A DNA stretch of 64,000 nt, taken from positions 25,663,757-25,727,756 of the forward strand of contig NC_069115.1 of the NCBI RefSeq assembly GCF_025612915.1. Direction: 5' to 3'. Below, piece by piece: positions 52,421-64,000 of the stretch. The stretch's first letter is position 1, and each line of letters starts with the position of its first letter. The translations under genes were made by a program, and so were the position numbers. A model generated the notes under the pieces. It saw only the letters and a list, made by a program, of their open reading frames with translations. It was not told the DNA's origin and ran no database searches. Source of the stretch: Crassostrea angulata. Lineage: Eukaryota.

Positions 52421-54972
52421 CCCCTGCGAGATGATCATGAACAATTCATGATTTTCCCTTTAATGATTCATGAATTATATTCATGAAATGTTCATGAAAA
52501 GTTCATGAAGATCCCATGAACTTATTATTGGACATTTTAAAGTCATGAATTTTTGTTCATGAGAAAATGTTGATGAATATTCATGAACATACTTTTTCAT
52601 GAATAATTCATGAACAGTTATATTCATGAAGCTTCATCATTTGATGAATGTCCAATAATAAGTTCATCAGATCTTCATGAACTGTTCATGAATAAGCTGA
52701 AAATTCTTACCTTCTACATTTTGTATATAAAAAGGTAAAATCTCCTAAGAAATCAAATATAAAATACTTTATTATGATAAATTGAAGAATAATGAGACAA
52801 TATCTTAAGTATCACATAATTCTTATGTACTGACTATCACTTTAAATAATCAGTAAGTTTAATAAGTTGTTTTAAAAAACAAGTAATGATATCAATGCTA
52901 ACTCATTAGCTTTAAAGGAATGTTACAATATTAGAATTGACATACCAATATGCAATGATTTGAAATATAAGCGACATTAGAATATTATTACTAGTTGATA
53001 ACTATCAATATGTTCTTTATGAAATCTTCCTTTGTTGCATCTTCCTTGCCTTTGCTCATGTTGATTTCACTTGTATTCCATATATTGCAATGTACATTTA
53101 CTGCATGGTAGGTAAAATGCTCCATCCTTTAAATGATTATTTTCTACAAACCCAAAGTGTCTTGGTGACAATACTTCTTGGTGGCAATTCTTCAGGCTTC
53201 ACATATAGCCCCTTCGGTGGCAGAAGAGTTGTACCTCTTCTGTACTGTACAAAAATGATATGACAAATAGCAGTATAATTATGACTTATCGTTTAAAACA
53301 TTTGGAACATCAACTAATCACTCAATCATCTCATTTGATTTTTATTTCAAATATTTTTATCAAATGATAATGCTGAAATTGCACTAGAGCTTAAGAATGA
53401 GGGTGCTTAAATACCCTAGAAAAAGTGATATCGCAGAAAAATAAAACAAGATGAAACAAGATGAAAAATTCAGGAGAAAACATAAATAGGCATTATGCCT
53501 GCTGTTCAATCCATTTCAATGTATCTATATACTTGAATAAAATACTTCTTAAATTTATTACGATGAAACTATAACTGTTTTCAAATTTGTAAATGATACT
53601 GGTCATTCTTATTAGAAATTTTCAATTACTTGCAATAGCATTTATTTATTACTTACTGAAATTTATGTTCAATGATCACTATCTTTAGGGGTGTCCAATA
53701 TTCTGGTTTCACTGCATAATTCTAGCGTAAAAACAAAATTTGTATTAACTCAAATGACATCAGCATATAAATTTACCTTGTAATTGCACCAATTTAGGTA
53801 TATCAAATGTGTAATTTATTATCAATTATGTAGTTAAAACTTATAAGTTAGTCAAAAAAGAATTTCCCTACATATTAAAAACCGCCATTTTGAAATGTTT
53901 GAAAAAATGAACAAAAATTAATACGTTATAAATACGTTTTGACTTCCTTATTACATAAAAGTTATTTCAATATACATGTATACATACTATTACATGTATT
54001 ACCTTTAATACCATTACTTTGAACTACATCTGCTGCATTATCTTCTTGCATGTTCCATACTTAATTAATCCATCGCTCATGTTGAAGATCCATCTGCTTT
54101 CATTCAAAATTCGTAATCACTGGGCGGAAGTGACGTAATAGAATCAAAACAACTCGCTGACTGTGTATTCTGAGACTCTTTCATTTGGTAAAATAATTTG
54201 TTTTTAACATATGTTAATAATAATAAAAAAATATCTTTAAATGAAACTAATTATAAAATGCTTAAGTTTTCATTATTATATTTTCAGAGATTGAAGAAAC
54301 GTACGATTTAATATCGTTCGGTTTACACAAATTGTGTCTGTTAAATTTCAACCCCCTCCGTTTTTGAACCCTCAAGGTTTTGGAACTTAAAAAATAATTT
54401 ACACTCAATTAAATATTCTTTCATACTTTATTTCTATAATTCGCATTAATGTTTTAAAGTAAATATTTTCATTATTGCTTAACATTAAGTTAATTGACAA
54501 ATTGAAGTTCAGTCGTGTGTTTTTGTAACGGAGGCGAATCGACATGACACCTCATTAACAATGGCGGACTCCTCGAAACTCTGAGTGTAGTAACGGTAGT
54601 TGTCTGAGTTTAAACAGCTAATCATAAATGCATTGTTGGAAGTTCTCAACGGAATATTTACGTAACGGATTTGTAACTTCTTAGAATGAATCGCTTTCAA
54701 ATGTGTGCAACAGTAATGCCTTTTACAAAGAAACCGCAAAGGTTCTAAACTCGACGGGGTCCAAATTTCAACCGAATGTGCTCGGAACATTTTCTCTGTC
54801 GTTCTCCCAGGAACAGACGCACTTCGTCTTGTGTGTATTTATGCTTCTATGACAGACTGACAACCGACCACGTCTTTAATAAACTTGATATACAATGTAC
54901 TTCAAACAAGTTGGAATTCAACGTATACTAAATCTTTTTTCCAAAGTAATATGCAAATTTTTAAATTATTTC

Positions 54973-55010
<38 letters not shown>

Positions 55011-55136
55011 ATTCTGATCACATTTTGTCCGTCGTCCGTCTGTCCGTCCGTCTGTCCGTCTGTCCGTCCGTCCGTCTGTCCGTCTGTCCGTCTGTAAACT
55101 TTTTACATTTTGAACTTCTTCTCTAAAACCGCTTAT

Positions 55137-55168
<32 letters not shown>

Positions 55169-57534
55169 TTATGGGAGGGCGAATATAAATTGCAGAAATA
55201 AAAGTTTGATCTGTATTCAAAGCGGAGAAAACCTTGAAACTGTAGAAAAAGGGGGGTGCATTTTTAAAAATCTTCTTCTCAAGAACTACCGAGGCAAATT
55301 CAACCTAGTTTAGCATAAATTATCCTTATGGGAAGGAAAATATAAATTGCAAAAATTAAGTGGTAATTCTGTTTCAAATCTGAGTTATTACGAAAATAAT
55401 AATAAAGGAAAGGCGTGTTTCAATCAGTTTAATAGCTTCGGGTTCGGCATACGGTAAAATGATTCCATACTTCTAAAACGAGGTTCTTTGTTTAAAGCAG
55501 CCATGACATTATACGAAAAAGGTCTTTCTGACTATGATGAATTTGCTTGTTGTGCAACAGTTTGCGTATGAAGGGAAATTTTGAAACATACAAAATATAT
55601 TGGTGCCGATTTTGTGAAGTAAATTGAGGCTAAATATTTCAATGCGTTGATAGTTTTCACACATGACGATGGTGTTAGCTTGTTCTGATTTTCGTTTCGT
55701 TCTCATTATGCTTTGTAACCTGGGAACTATCGTCTGTATTTCGTGATTTTTACGTATCAAATCAAACAGAGACTTCGGTAAATCAAACAGTTAACTGTTT
55801 ACCTGCGCAAATTAAGCAAAATCGGATGTAGGGGTACTGAAATACAATTCATTCTATCGGTAATTCGGCATAATCTTTTGCGTAATGGTACATGTAGATT
55901 AATGCAATAGGTTTTGTTGAGATGCTCGGCATTTTCTCGAGTTTATTCAGTTTAAATAGAGTTTGATATCGCTGACGGAAATATGTAGGTATATACATGT
56001 ATATATATGATTCATTTCGAAAAAATAAATTGTGTTCTTTATTTGTTATACATGTAGTGCATGTTTCTTGTGTTTAATTGTTTACAATTTCTATTTACTA
56101 ACCATATTTGAGTGTTAAGCTTCGAATTATAAGCAAGATACAGAGATTTGCTCACAATTCTATGTTTGTACACAGATCTTAAAAACTAAAGCTTAAAAAA
56201 TTAAAAAATTTGTCAATATTTATTAAGAAAATTTACAAAGCCTGTTCTTCCAGAAACCAACTTTAACAACTTATTGTATTGTAACCTTAACCTTTTTAGC
56301 TCACCTGAGGGTGGGGCCACAATGGGGGGTCGAAGTTTAACAAATGAATATATAGAGTAAATCTTTAAAAATCTTCTCCTCAGAAACTAATCAGCCAGGA
56401 AAGCTGAAACTTGTGTGAAAGCATCATCAGGTAATGTAGATAAAAATTTGTGAAAATCATGATCTCCGGAGGTAGGGTGGGGCCACAATGAAGGATCGAA
56501 GTTTTACATAGGAATATATAGAATAAATCTTTAAAAATCTTCTTCTCAGAAACTAATCGGCCAGGAAAGCTGACACCTGTGTGGAAGTATCCTCAGGTAG
56601 TGTAGATTCAAAGTTGTGAAAATCATGACCCCCGGGGTACGGTGGGGCCACAATGGGGGATCGAAGTTTAATATAGGAATATATAGAGTAAATCTTTAAA
56701 AATCTTCTTCTCAGAAACTAATCTGCCGGCAATGCTGAATCTTCTTCGGAAGCATCCTCAGGTAGTGTTGATTCACAGTTGTGAAAATAATAACCCCTGG
56801 GGGTAGAATGGGGCCACAATGGGGGGTCGAAGTTTAACATATGATTATATAGAGTAAATCTTTAAAAATCTTCTTCTCAGAAACTAATTAGCCAGGAAAG
56901 CTGAAACTTGTGTGGAAGCATCCTCAGGTAGTGTAGATTCAAATTTGTGAAAATCATAACCCTGGGGGTAGGTTAGGGCCACAATGGGAGGTCGATGTTT
57001 TACATAGGAATAAACAGTGTAAATCTTTTAAAATCTTCTTCTCAGAAACTAATCAGCCAGGAAAGCTGAAACTTGTGTGAAAGCATCCTCAGGTAGTGTA
57101 GATTCATAGTTGTGAAAATCATGATCCCCAGGGGTAGGGTGGGGCCACAATGGGGGGGTCAAAGTTTAACAAAGGAATATATAGGGTAAATCTTTAAAAA
57201 TCTTCTCAGAAACTAATCAGCCAGATGTTTCTTTATAATTGTTAAGAATTTGGCCCCAGGACAATTCTTTGGCCTCCCGAGAAGGTTCAGAGTTTGATGT
57301 ACGTTTATATCTAATATATAAACTATTGTTAAGGATCATTTTGAGAACTGCAATACTCAACATATGATATGACTATAAAATCATCTTGTTAGAAAAGGGA
57401 CTAATGATTATAAACATAAGAATATCCAGGGGAAAATGGATTTTATTTATACAGGATCTACATGTATTATTGTACATTGTCCAGATAGTTTGTATTATGA
57501 CTCCATTAAGCTGATTTTATCATACCTATTATTC

Positions 57535-57569
<35 letters not shown>

Positions 57570-58230
57570 CAGTTTAGTTTACAAGATTTTTAACAACATT
57601 AACAGCCATAATGTATCATCTGCAAAGACTGATTATTCACTGATAAATTATATCATTTTTAAAAAATATATAAATTGAACAATGAAGAAATTAAGCGTCA
57701 AATTTAGGATCTAGTAATGACCATTTGATCATGATGTCTGAGACCTTCGTTGTTGTCAATGAATTTACATGTTTCTTAGAATTGAATAAATAATATAACT
57801 ATAATATATCACATCTTTCTTTTTCAAAATTAAAGATGCCACATTTATATAGGTGTTTGCATGAATATTCATGAATGTTCATGAAGACTGTTTTACTATT
57901 AATATTTTAAGATGTATAATTTTTTTTAAAAAGATAATGTTCTGAATACTAGAGTAAACTATGTAATTTATAAAAGTATTTGAAATTAATTATATATTTC
58001 GTAAATTAGAACTTCATGAAAATTCATGAATGTTCAATACCTAGAACTATAATTTCCTGTATTCTTGTATATTCATAATTTGTTCATGAATTACATTTTA
58101 AGAATATATTCATGAATAAAATTCATGAACCACCTTTATGAACCAGTTATGAACCAGTCATGAATACATCATGAAACTTCATGAACGGTTCATTAAAGTT
58201 CTTAAAATCATGAATTTCATCTCGCAGGGG
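52421..58230. mobile_element. About 5.8-kb TIR DNA transposon-like element with subterminal TTCATGAA palindrome clusters
   Basis: Left end CCCCTGCGAGATGATCATGAA and right end TTCATGAAATTTCATCTCGCAGGGG form a 14-bp perfect TIR. Dense TTCATGAA/TCATGAA arrays lie just inside both ends (52436-52690 and 57845-58215). The interior carries other repeats (GCTCACCTGAGC-element copy, 165-bp satellite). TSD not resolved. Confidence 0.5.
56300..57235. repeat. About 165-bp satellite, about 6 tandem copies (unit contains GGTGGGGCCACAATGGGGGGTCGAAGTTTAAC...AAATCTTTAAAAATCTTCTTCTCAGAAACTAATCAGCCAGGAAAGCTGAAAC...)
   Basis: Regular 165-bp periodicity. Joined directly to a TTTAGCTCACCTGAG element head at 56287 and followed by the tail ..CCTCAGGTGAGCGATGTGGCCCATGGGCCTCTTG at 57540. 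Confidence 0.8.
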
Positions 58231-58735
58231 AATACATGCATATTCTCATATATAATTTGATCATGTTTTTAAAGTGAGGGGGCAGAACTAAAATAAAGGG
58301 AAGTAGAGTTAACAGTGTATAACCCCTACCAAAAATTTAGTTTTATTTCTTGCATAAGATCTTATTTTTGATAAAAATGGTATTTCATAAGGGTACAATG
58401 TCAAAGATTAAGTGTAGGAAAATAAGTGTAAAATTTGGATACAGTTTATTTTATGGGATTCTTTTTTTGTTTTTCTACCGAGGGGCCAATATGGCACAAT
58501 ATCCTTTGTACACCCATATAAAGCCATTGTTGCTCAGGTGAGCGATGTGGCCCCATGGGCCTCTTGCTCATAATTGTAATCTCTTGTATTAATTCTTGAG
58601 TTAAAAATTCTTCAAGGATTTAATTTTGTTGATTTATGTGGCCAAGGAAAATAATGAAATTAAATCCTCAACGAATATTTCTGCTCCTACAGTATTTAAA
58701 TAAAAGATAAAAACACATGTATGATTTATTTTCAG

Positions 58736-58799
58736 CAAGTACATACCAGGGGAAGTCAGTGAGTTGAAGATTGGACAGACTGCCGTCAGATTTAACTCT
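58736..58799 (+). CDS. MVP: Candidate MVP exon encoding (S)KYIPGEVSELKIGQTAVRFNS
   Basis: Acceptor ttattttcag|C and donor AACTCT|gtgagt. Phase-2 entry matches the upstream exon (AG+C=Ser), and phase-0 exit matches the downstream [10 protein letters not shown] exon. ...LKIGQTAVRF aligns loosely to MVP ...LRHADLEIRL immediately before DPFPLYPGE. It is more divergent than the flanking exons. Confidence 0.5.
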
Positions 58800-61493
58800 G
58801 TGAGTAAATAATAATATAAATCAATTTTATGTATATTTGGTTAATACTCCAACTTTCAACAGATAGTGGTAGTTTATTTACACACCTTTACATTGATTTG
58901 ATGACTAATAAGTAGTCAAATCAATGTGAAGTTTGTAAATTCACCATTAAACAAGCAGTGCACTGTAACTTCAACCTGTAATGGCTTTTATTATACCCTA
59001 CGCAACAAAGTCTGTCAGTCAGTTGGTCAGTTCTGTTTTTTTGTAAGTGCAACTCCTCTTAAACCACTCAAGTAATGTAATTTAGTGAAACTTTGTTGGC
59101 ATTTAGGACACAATGTGCAGGTGTGCATATACCAGGAAAATTCAGATTCCATTATTTTTCTTAAAGTTTTGGTCCTTATAGCCGTTATCTGACAAATCTT
59201 TGATTCTTACATAGAATTAATCTTAAAGGGACTTGGACACGATTTGACATAAAATTTTCAAATTTTATTTTTCCATTTTTAATGTTTATACTAATGAATA
59301 TAGAGGTTTATAATGCTTTGTCAAAATTTGAAAGTCAAATATCAAATTATAAGCAAGATACAGAGTTCATAATTCTTTGTTTTGTAAACAAAGCTCAGTA
59401 TTGTCATTTTTTACATGTGTGTTGTATTGGTGTGAGTTTCAATCAAATGTATCTTTCTTTTGTTGATAATAGTATTTATGAAGATATTGAATTAGTTTAA
59501 ATTGTTTTTGGCCTGTCATTTTGTCTAAGAAATTGTAATTTTCTACATTACATTTTTTGTAAACAACTATAAGACTCGAGCTTTGTTTACATAACAATCA
59601 ATTCTTAGCTCTGTAACTTGCTTGTAACTTGACTGTAACATTCAATATTTTGGTCAATCATTTAAAATGCACCAGTTAACTGTTTTATACATAAAAAATA
59701 AAAATAAAATTTTTGATCTTTAATCGTGTCCAAGTTCCTTTAAGCATTTCTAAGTATTCATCTAATGAAATGTTATTTTTCTTGCCACCTTGTACATTGA
59801 CAAATCTGTTTGCAATGAGTCGATTTCTCTGAAGTTCTGGAAGAATACCTGATATGATTAAGGGCTGTTAAATGAATAGACCTTATCATAAACGATATCA
59901 GTAGTAAATTGCCTGACGAATACAATGATACTGTCTAAATGTTTATATAGCATTTGCATATAAAAAAGGTTAATAAGTCAAAAACTAGCACATGTTTTTG
60001 TGTGCAATTAATACACAATTATTTCAATGGGTGGCAATGTAGCTCCCAGGTTGTTAATCCGAAAATTTTTCTTACAGGGAGCTACAGACCAGCAGCTAGT
60101 TTGTATCTCTTAACGTAGCTCGCGGGTTTGCTGACGTCACAGTAGGAATCGACGTAAAGAGTTGACCGTCATAGTAAACTCATAGGCTACATTTCTTTTT
60201 AAAAAAAATGACAAATGTCTGATCGAGATATTTAGAAGTATAAAAGGAAATATTTCAAAAAGCTTAAATGCAGTTTATTACTGTTTATACAAACATTTAT
60301 TATTATCTGAAAATTTAAAGATGTCACATACATTGTCATATTTTGTTCTATAAAGTATGAGTGTGCGTTGAAATTCTTCCATTTAAAATCATGCATGTTT
60401 TAAAATAGACAAGTAAATCAATTGAACCGTAGGCATTAACTTCGCTATTTTTTTATTTTTTTTTTACAATTATAACTTCCGTAATTTTAACTACCGATCA
60501 AATTTTTGAAATTCTTTTGGCTTGAGCTAATTATTTTATACGATTACAAACTTTTATGTCAGTAGTTGCCCGGCAATTTTTTCATAAAAGCAAAAATAGC
60601 AATTTTTTGTATCTTTGCAGCCTTACATTAATTGCATTTGGGTATTTGATAACATTCACAATAATGTATAATTAATATTTACATGTTCTAAAATGTGTTA
60701 ATCAGCTAGTCTTGTCAATAAATGCATTTCAATTTTTGGGTTCTCAGACGTAAGGAGATAATGACGTCGGGCTAACGTCGTAATGAAAATATAAGGTTTG
60801 GAGTAATCTTTTAAATCTTTAAAGTTGTTTTGCCAAAAATTGGCCGAGAACACATACTGATTATTTTTTATGAATTGATTCAAAATTATCTCCTCTGTTA
60901 TTGTGTTAAGTATAATTAATTTCGTCTGAATCCTTTAAAAGTTTGGAGCATAATTTTGAAATGCGTTTCTCGACTAAGATGTGCATTTTACTATATATTT
61001 CATTGAAATGGCGTCGCTTGATTTTATTAATGACACGGTATTTAAAACACGGTAACATGATTACCGCGTAGACGAATCTCAAATAAATTTTAGAAATAAA
61101 ACTCTGAAACCTATGGATCACGTGGACAGATTTTCAAGGTAGGTTTTCTCACAAGCATGTAAACCCGCGAGCTACCTTAAGGTGGCCCCTCCATGAGTTT
61201 AAACTTACTCTTAGGATAAAGGAGGAGTTTTTACATAATAATCACATTTGCAGACAAAGCAGGAAGTTTAAAAAATGTAATTATAAGCAATAAATCATTT
61301 GAAAAAAAAGATATACAACTCCCATAAATAACTTCAAGGATATATGCAAACAAATTTTCATAATGTTCTAACACATGTTACTTAATTTGTGTGCACACCA
61401 CTGCAGTTACAGGACTATATCTTTCAAAAAAAAGGATTCAATCTCTGAATATATTAATATTTATGTTATTGTTGGTCATATTGTTATTTTCAG

Positions 61494-61721
61494 GATTCCC
61501 CGTTCCCACTTTATCCAGGAGAAACACTCCCAGATGCTCCTCGATTTTTGAAAAATGAGCCTGATCTAACAAATGCCATTAAACCCTTACCTGTTATTAA
61601 AGCCAATTATGCCATCAGATTGATTGCAAATATTGACTTTGAAGATGCCCAGGGTCAGCATATGGCAGGAGAGAAGTGGCAGCTGGAAGGACCCCTCACA
61701 TACAAACCTCAGCCTGAAGCA
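61494..61721 (+). CDS. MVP: MVP exon encoding [76 protein letters not shown]
   Basis: Acceptor ttattttcag|GAT and donor GAAGCA|gtatgt. Strong match to human [14 protein letters not shown]...[38 protein letters not shown]. Same frame as track ORF 61548..61889, which runs on into the intron. Confidence 0.9.
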
Positions 61722-61849
61722 GTATGTATCATGTATAAAAAAACTTCTTCTATTAGTTCACTGTCTGATTGGAGTAGAACACTATTTTTATGCCCCCCTT
61801 CGGAGAAGGGAGGGCATATTTCTTTGCTGCTGACCGGTCGGTCGGTCGG

Positions 61850-62350
61850 TCCACCAACAGTTTCCGTTCATTTTCTTTGCAAAGGATAAACATATTGAAA
61901 TGAATTTTTGTATACAGGTTTATCATGATAATATCTAGGTCAAGTTCAATATTGGGTTCGATCGAGCAATTTTTGACAGAGTTATTGCCCTTGGACTTAG
62001 AAAAATTCGAGTTATTTGCAGTTTCCGCTCATTTCTTTTGCAGAGGATGAACATATTGAAATGAAATTTTGTATACAGGTTTATCTTGATAATATCTAGG
62101 TCAAGTTTGATATTGGGTTCGATCGAGCAATTTTCGACAGAGTAATTGCCCTTGGACTTAAAAAAATACAGGTTATTTGCAGTTTCGCTCATTTTTTTAG
62201 CAGAGGGTGCACATATTAATATGAAATTTGATATGCAGGTTTATCTAAATAATATCGAGGTCAAATTTGATTTTGGGTATGATAGAGCAATTTGTGGCAG
62301 AGTTATGCCCCTTGGACTTAGAAAAATTCTAGTTATTTGCAGTTTACGTT
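61850..62350. repeat. About 120-bp tandem repeat x about 3.5 inside a foldback-ended element (hairpin ends TATGCCCCCTTCGGAGAAGGGAGGGCATAT at 61786 and AAGGGAGGGGGGCATATGG at 62375)
   Basis: Unit ..GCAGTTTCCGCTCATTTCTTTTGCAGAGGATGAACATATTGAAATGAAATTTTGTATACAGGTTTATCTTGATAATATCTAGGTCAAGTTTGATATTGGGTTCGATCGAGCAATTTTCGACAGAGTAATTGCCCTTGGACTTAGAAAAATTC.. repeated. Lies immediately 3' of MVP exon 61494-61721. Confidence 0.7.
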
Positions 62351-63043
62351 CATTTTCTTTGTGGATGTTTCCAAGGGAGGGGGGCATATGGTTTTCACAA
62401 ACATCTCTTGTTAATAAAGAAGTTAACTATTTTTATAAGTTTTTAAAATTTATTAGTCAAGTAAATTGATGAAGTGACCATATGGGGCATTGATTTAAAT
62501 GAAATTCAAAATTACTGATATGATTGTAGTGTTTTTGGCAATTTTAAAATTGTTTGTCAATTAAAACTTTTTTTTTTACATAGTATGGTAATTATTTAGG
62601 GTAATGTTTTGGGAGTTTATTAAATTTGACAAGCTCATCAAAGAAAATCATAGTCCTATGGGATCAATTTTCTGATATGGAGTTCCAATGTACCATAGGA
62701 GAAACATCTGTCAAGACTCTTATTAGAAAGGTGTTCAAAGTTTTATCAACAGAAGAGCATTGCTTGGCTACTGGTATTTCCATTTACTGCAAAGGGTGGA
62801 ATTATTCTCATTGTGTTGGTTTGTCTAAAACAATAAAATAAAAAAAAATCATCAGATACATATATTTGTAAATGTATTACTGTTATACATATACATACAG
62901 TGAAATTCTGACAATTTTGATTTTAATTTTTCTTTGTTACCTATTTTCTTTTTTAGCTCACCTGAGCTTTCTATTCTGATCACATTTTGTATGTCGTCCG
63001 TCTGTCTGTCCGTCTGTAAACTTTTCACATTTTCAACATCTTC

Positions 63044-63090
<47 letters not shown>

Positions 63091-63099
63091 TTAGCCTAA

Positions 63100-63890
63100 G
63101 GGATTCAAAGTTGTGAAAATTTAGGACCACGCCCTTTTGTAAAGGGAGATAATAAGGAATTTATGAATATTTTCGAGAAATTTTCAAAAATCTTCTTATC
63201 AAGAACCATAAGACCAGGTAAGCTGAAACTTGTGTGAAAGCATCCTCAGGTAGTGTAGATTCAAAGTTGTGAAAATCATGACCCCCGAGGGTAGGGTGGG
63301 CCCACAATGGGGGGTCGAAGTTTAACATAGGAATATATAAAGTAAATCTTTAAAAATCTTCTTCTTAGAAATTAATCAGCCAGGAAAGCTGAAACTTTGT
63401 GAAAGCATCCTCAGGTAGTGTAGATTCAAAGTTGTGAAAATCATGAATTCCGGGGGAAGGGTGGGGCCACAATGGGGGGTCGAAGTTTCACATAGGAATA
63501 TATAAAGTAAATCTTTAAAAATGTTCTTCTCAGAAACTAATCAGCCAGCAAAGCTGAAACTTGTGTGGAAGCATCCTCAGGTAGTGTAGATTCAAAGTTG
63601 TCAAAATCATAAATCATAAACCCCGGGGGTAATATTGGGCCACAACTGGGGGTCAAAGTTTTACATATGAATATATAGAGTAAATCTTTAAAAATCTTCT
63701 TCTCAGAAACTAATCAGCCAGGAAAGGTGAAACTTGTTTCAAAGCATCCTCAGGTAGTGTAGATTTAAAGTTGTGAAAATCATGACCCCCGGGTGTAGGG
63801 TGGGGCCACAATGGGGGGTCGAAGTTTAACATAGGAATATATAGAGTAAATCTTTAAAATCTTCTTCTCAGAAACTAATCAGCCAGATAA
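63100..63890. repeat. Second array of the same about 165-bp satellite (about 4.5 copies), again downstream of a truncated TTAGCTCACCTGAGC head (62945)
   Basis: Same unit as 56300-57235. Followed by the same tail segment (..TTGAGAACTGCAATACTCAACAT) at the window end. Confidence 0.75.
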
Positions 63891-64000
63891 TAATTGTTAA
63901 GCCCAGGACAATTCTTTGGCCTCATAAGAAGGTATAGAGTTTATATCCCATATATAAACTATTGTTAAGGATCTTTTTGAGAACTGCAATACTCAACATT

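Noticed and set aside
1-64000. Search for prokaryotic operons or defence systems
   Set aside because: The sequence has spliceosomal introns, microsatellites, satellites and eukaryotic TE classes; long ORFs are absent. Prokaryotic gene-cluster interpretation is not applicable.

Overview
This is eukaryotic genomic DNA, not prokaryotic. It is AT-rich and repeat-dense, and the repeat and microsatellite content suggests an invertebrate, possibly a bivalve mollusc. That species guess is an inference only. Features supporting a eukaryotic origin are GT/AG-bounded exons, (CT)n/(GA)n/(GTCC.GTCT)n microsatellites, satellite arrays, many TIR elements and long poly-C/poly-G tracts. The six-frame ORF track is therefore mostly noise, apart from a few exon-bearing ORFs. 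The clearest gene is major vault protein (MVP) on the + strand. Three of its exons are visible at 31729-31862, 58736-58799 (candidate) and 61494-61721. A 27-kb intron packed with transposons separates them. At least two minus-strand multi-exon genes sit nested inside that giant intron. One is a DEDDh-type 3'-5' exonuclease-like gene at 41125-42091, with an apparent frameshift near its 3' end. The other is a multi-exon DDE/RNase-H-like transposase-derived gene at about 48878-51462, with a GC-rich promoter-like region upstream. A third minus-strand gene of unknown product lies at 20915-22318. The remainder of the window is mobile-element and repeat sequence. It includes a Tc1/mariner-like transposase pseudogene fragment at the 5' edge. 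A 5.8-kb CACTA-like element has CTG target-site duplications and subterminal tandem repeats. A 5.8-kb TIR element has TTCATGAA repeat clusters. A 4.46-kb TIR element and an 804-bp TTAA-flanked piggyBac-like MITE are present in only one of three paralogous repeat copies. Several other MITEs and foldbacks are present. There is a 1.3-kb 42-bp satellite, and 165-bp satellites attached to a GCTCACCTGAGC-terminated element family. Segmental duplications are also present. No prokaryotic-style operon, CRISPR array or defence system is present.
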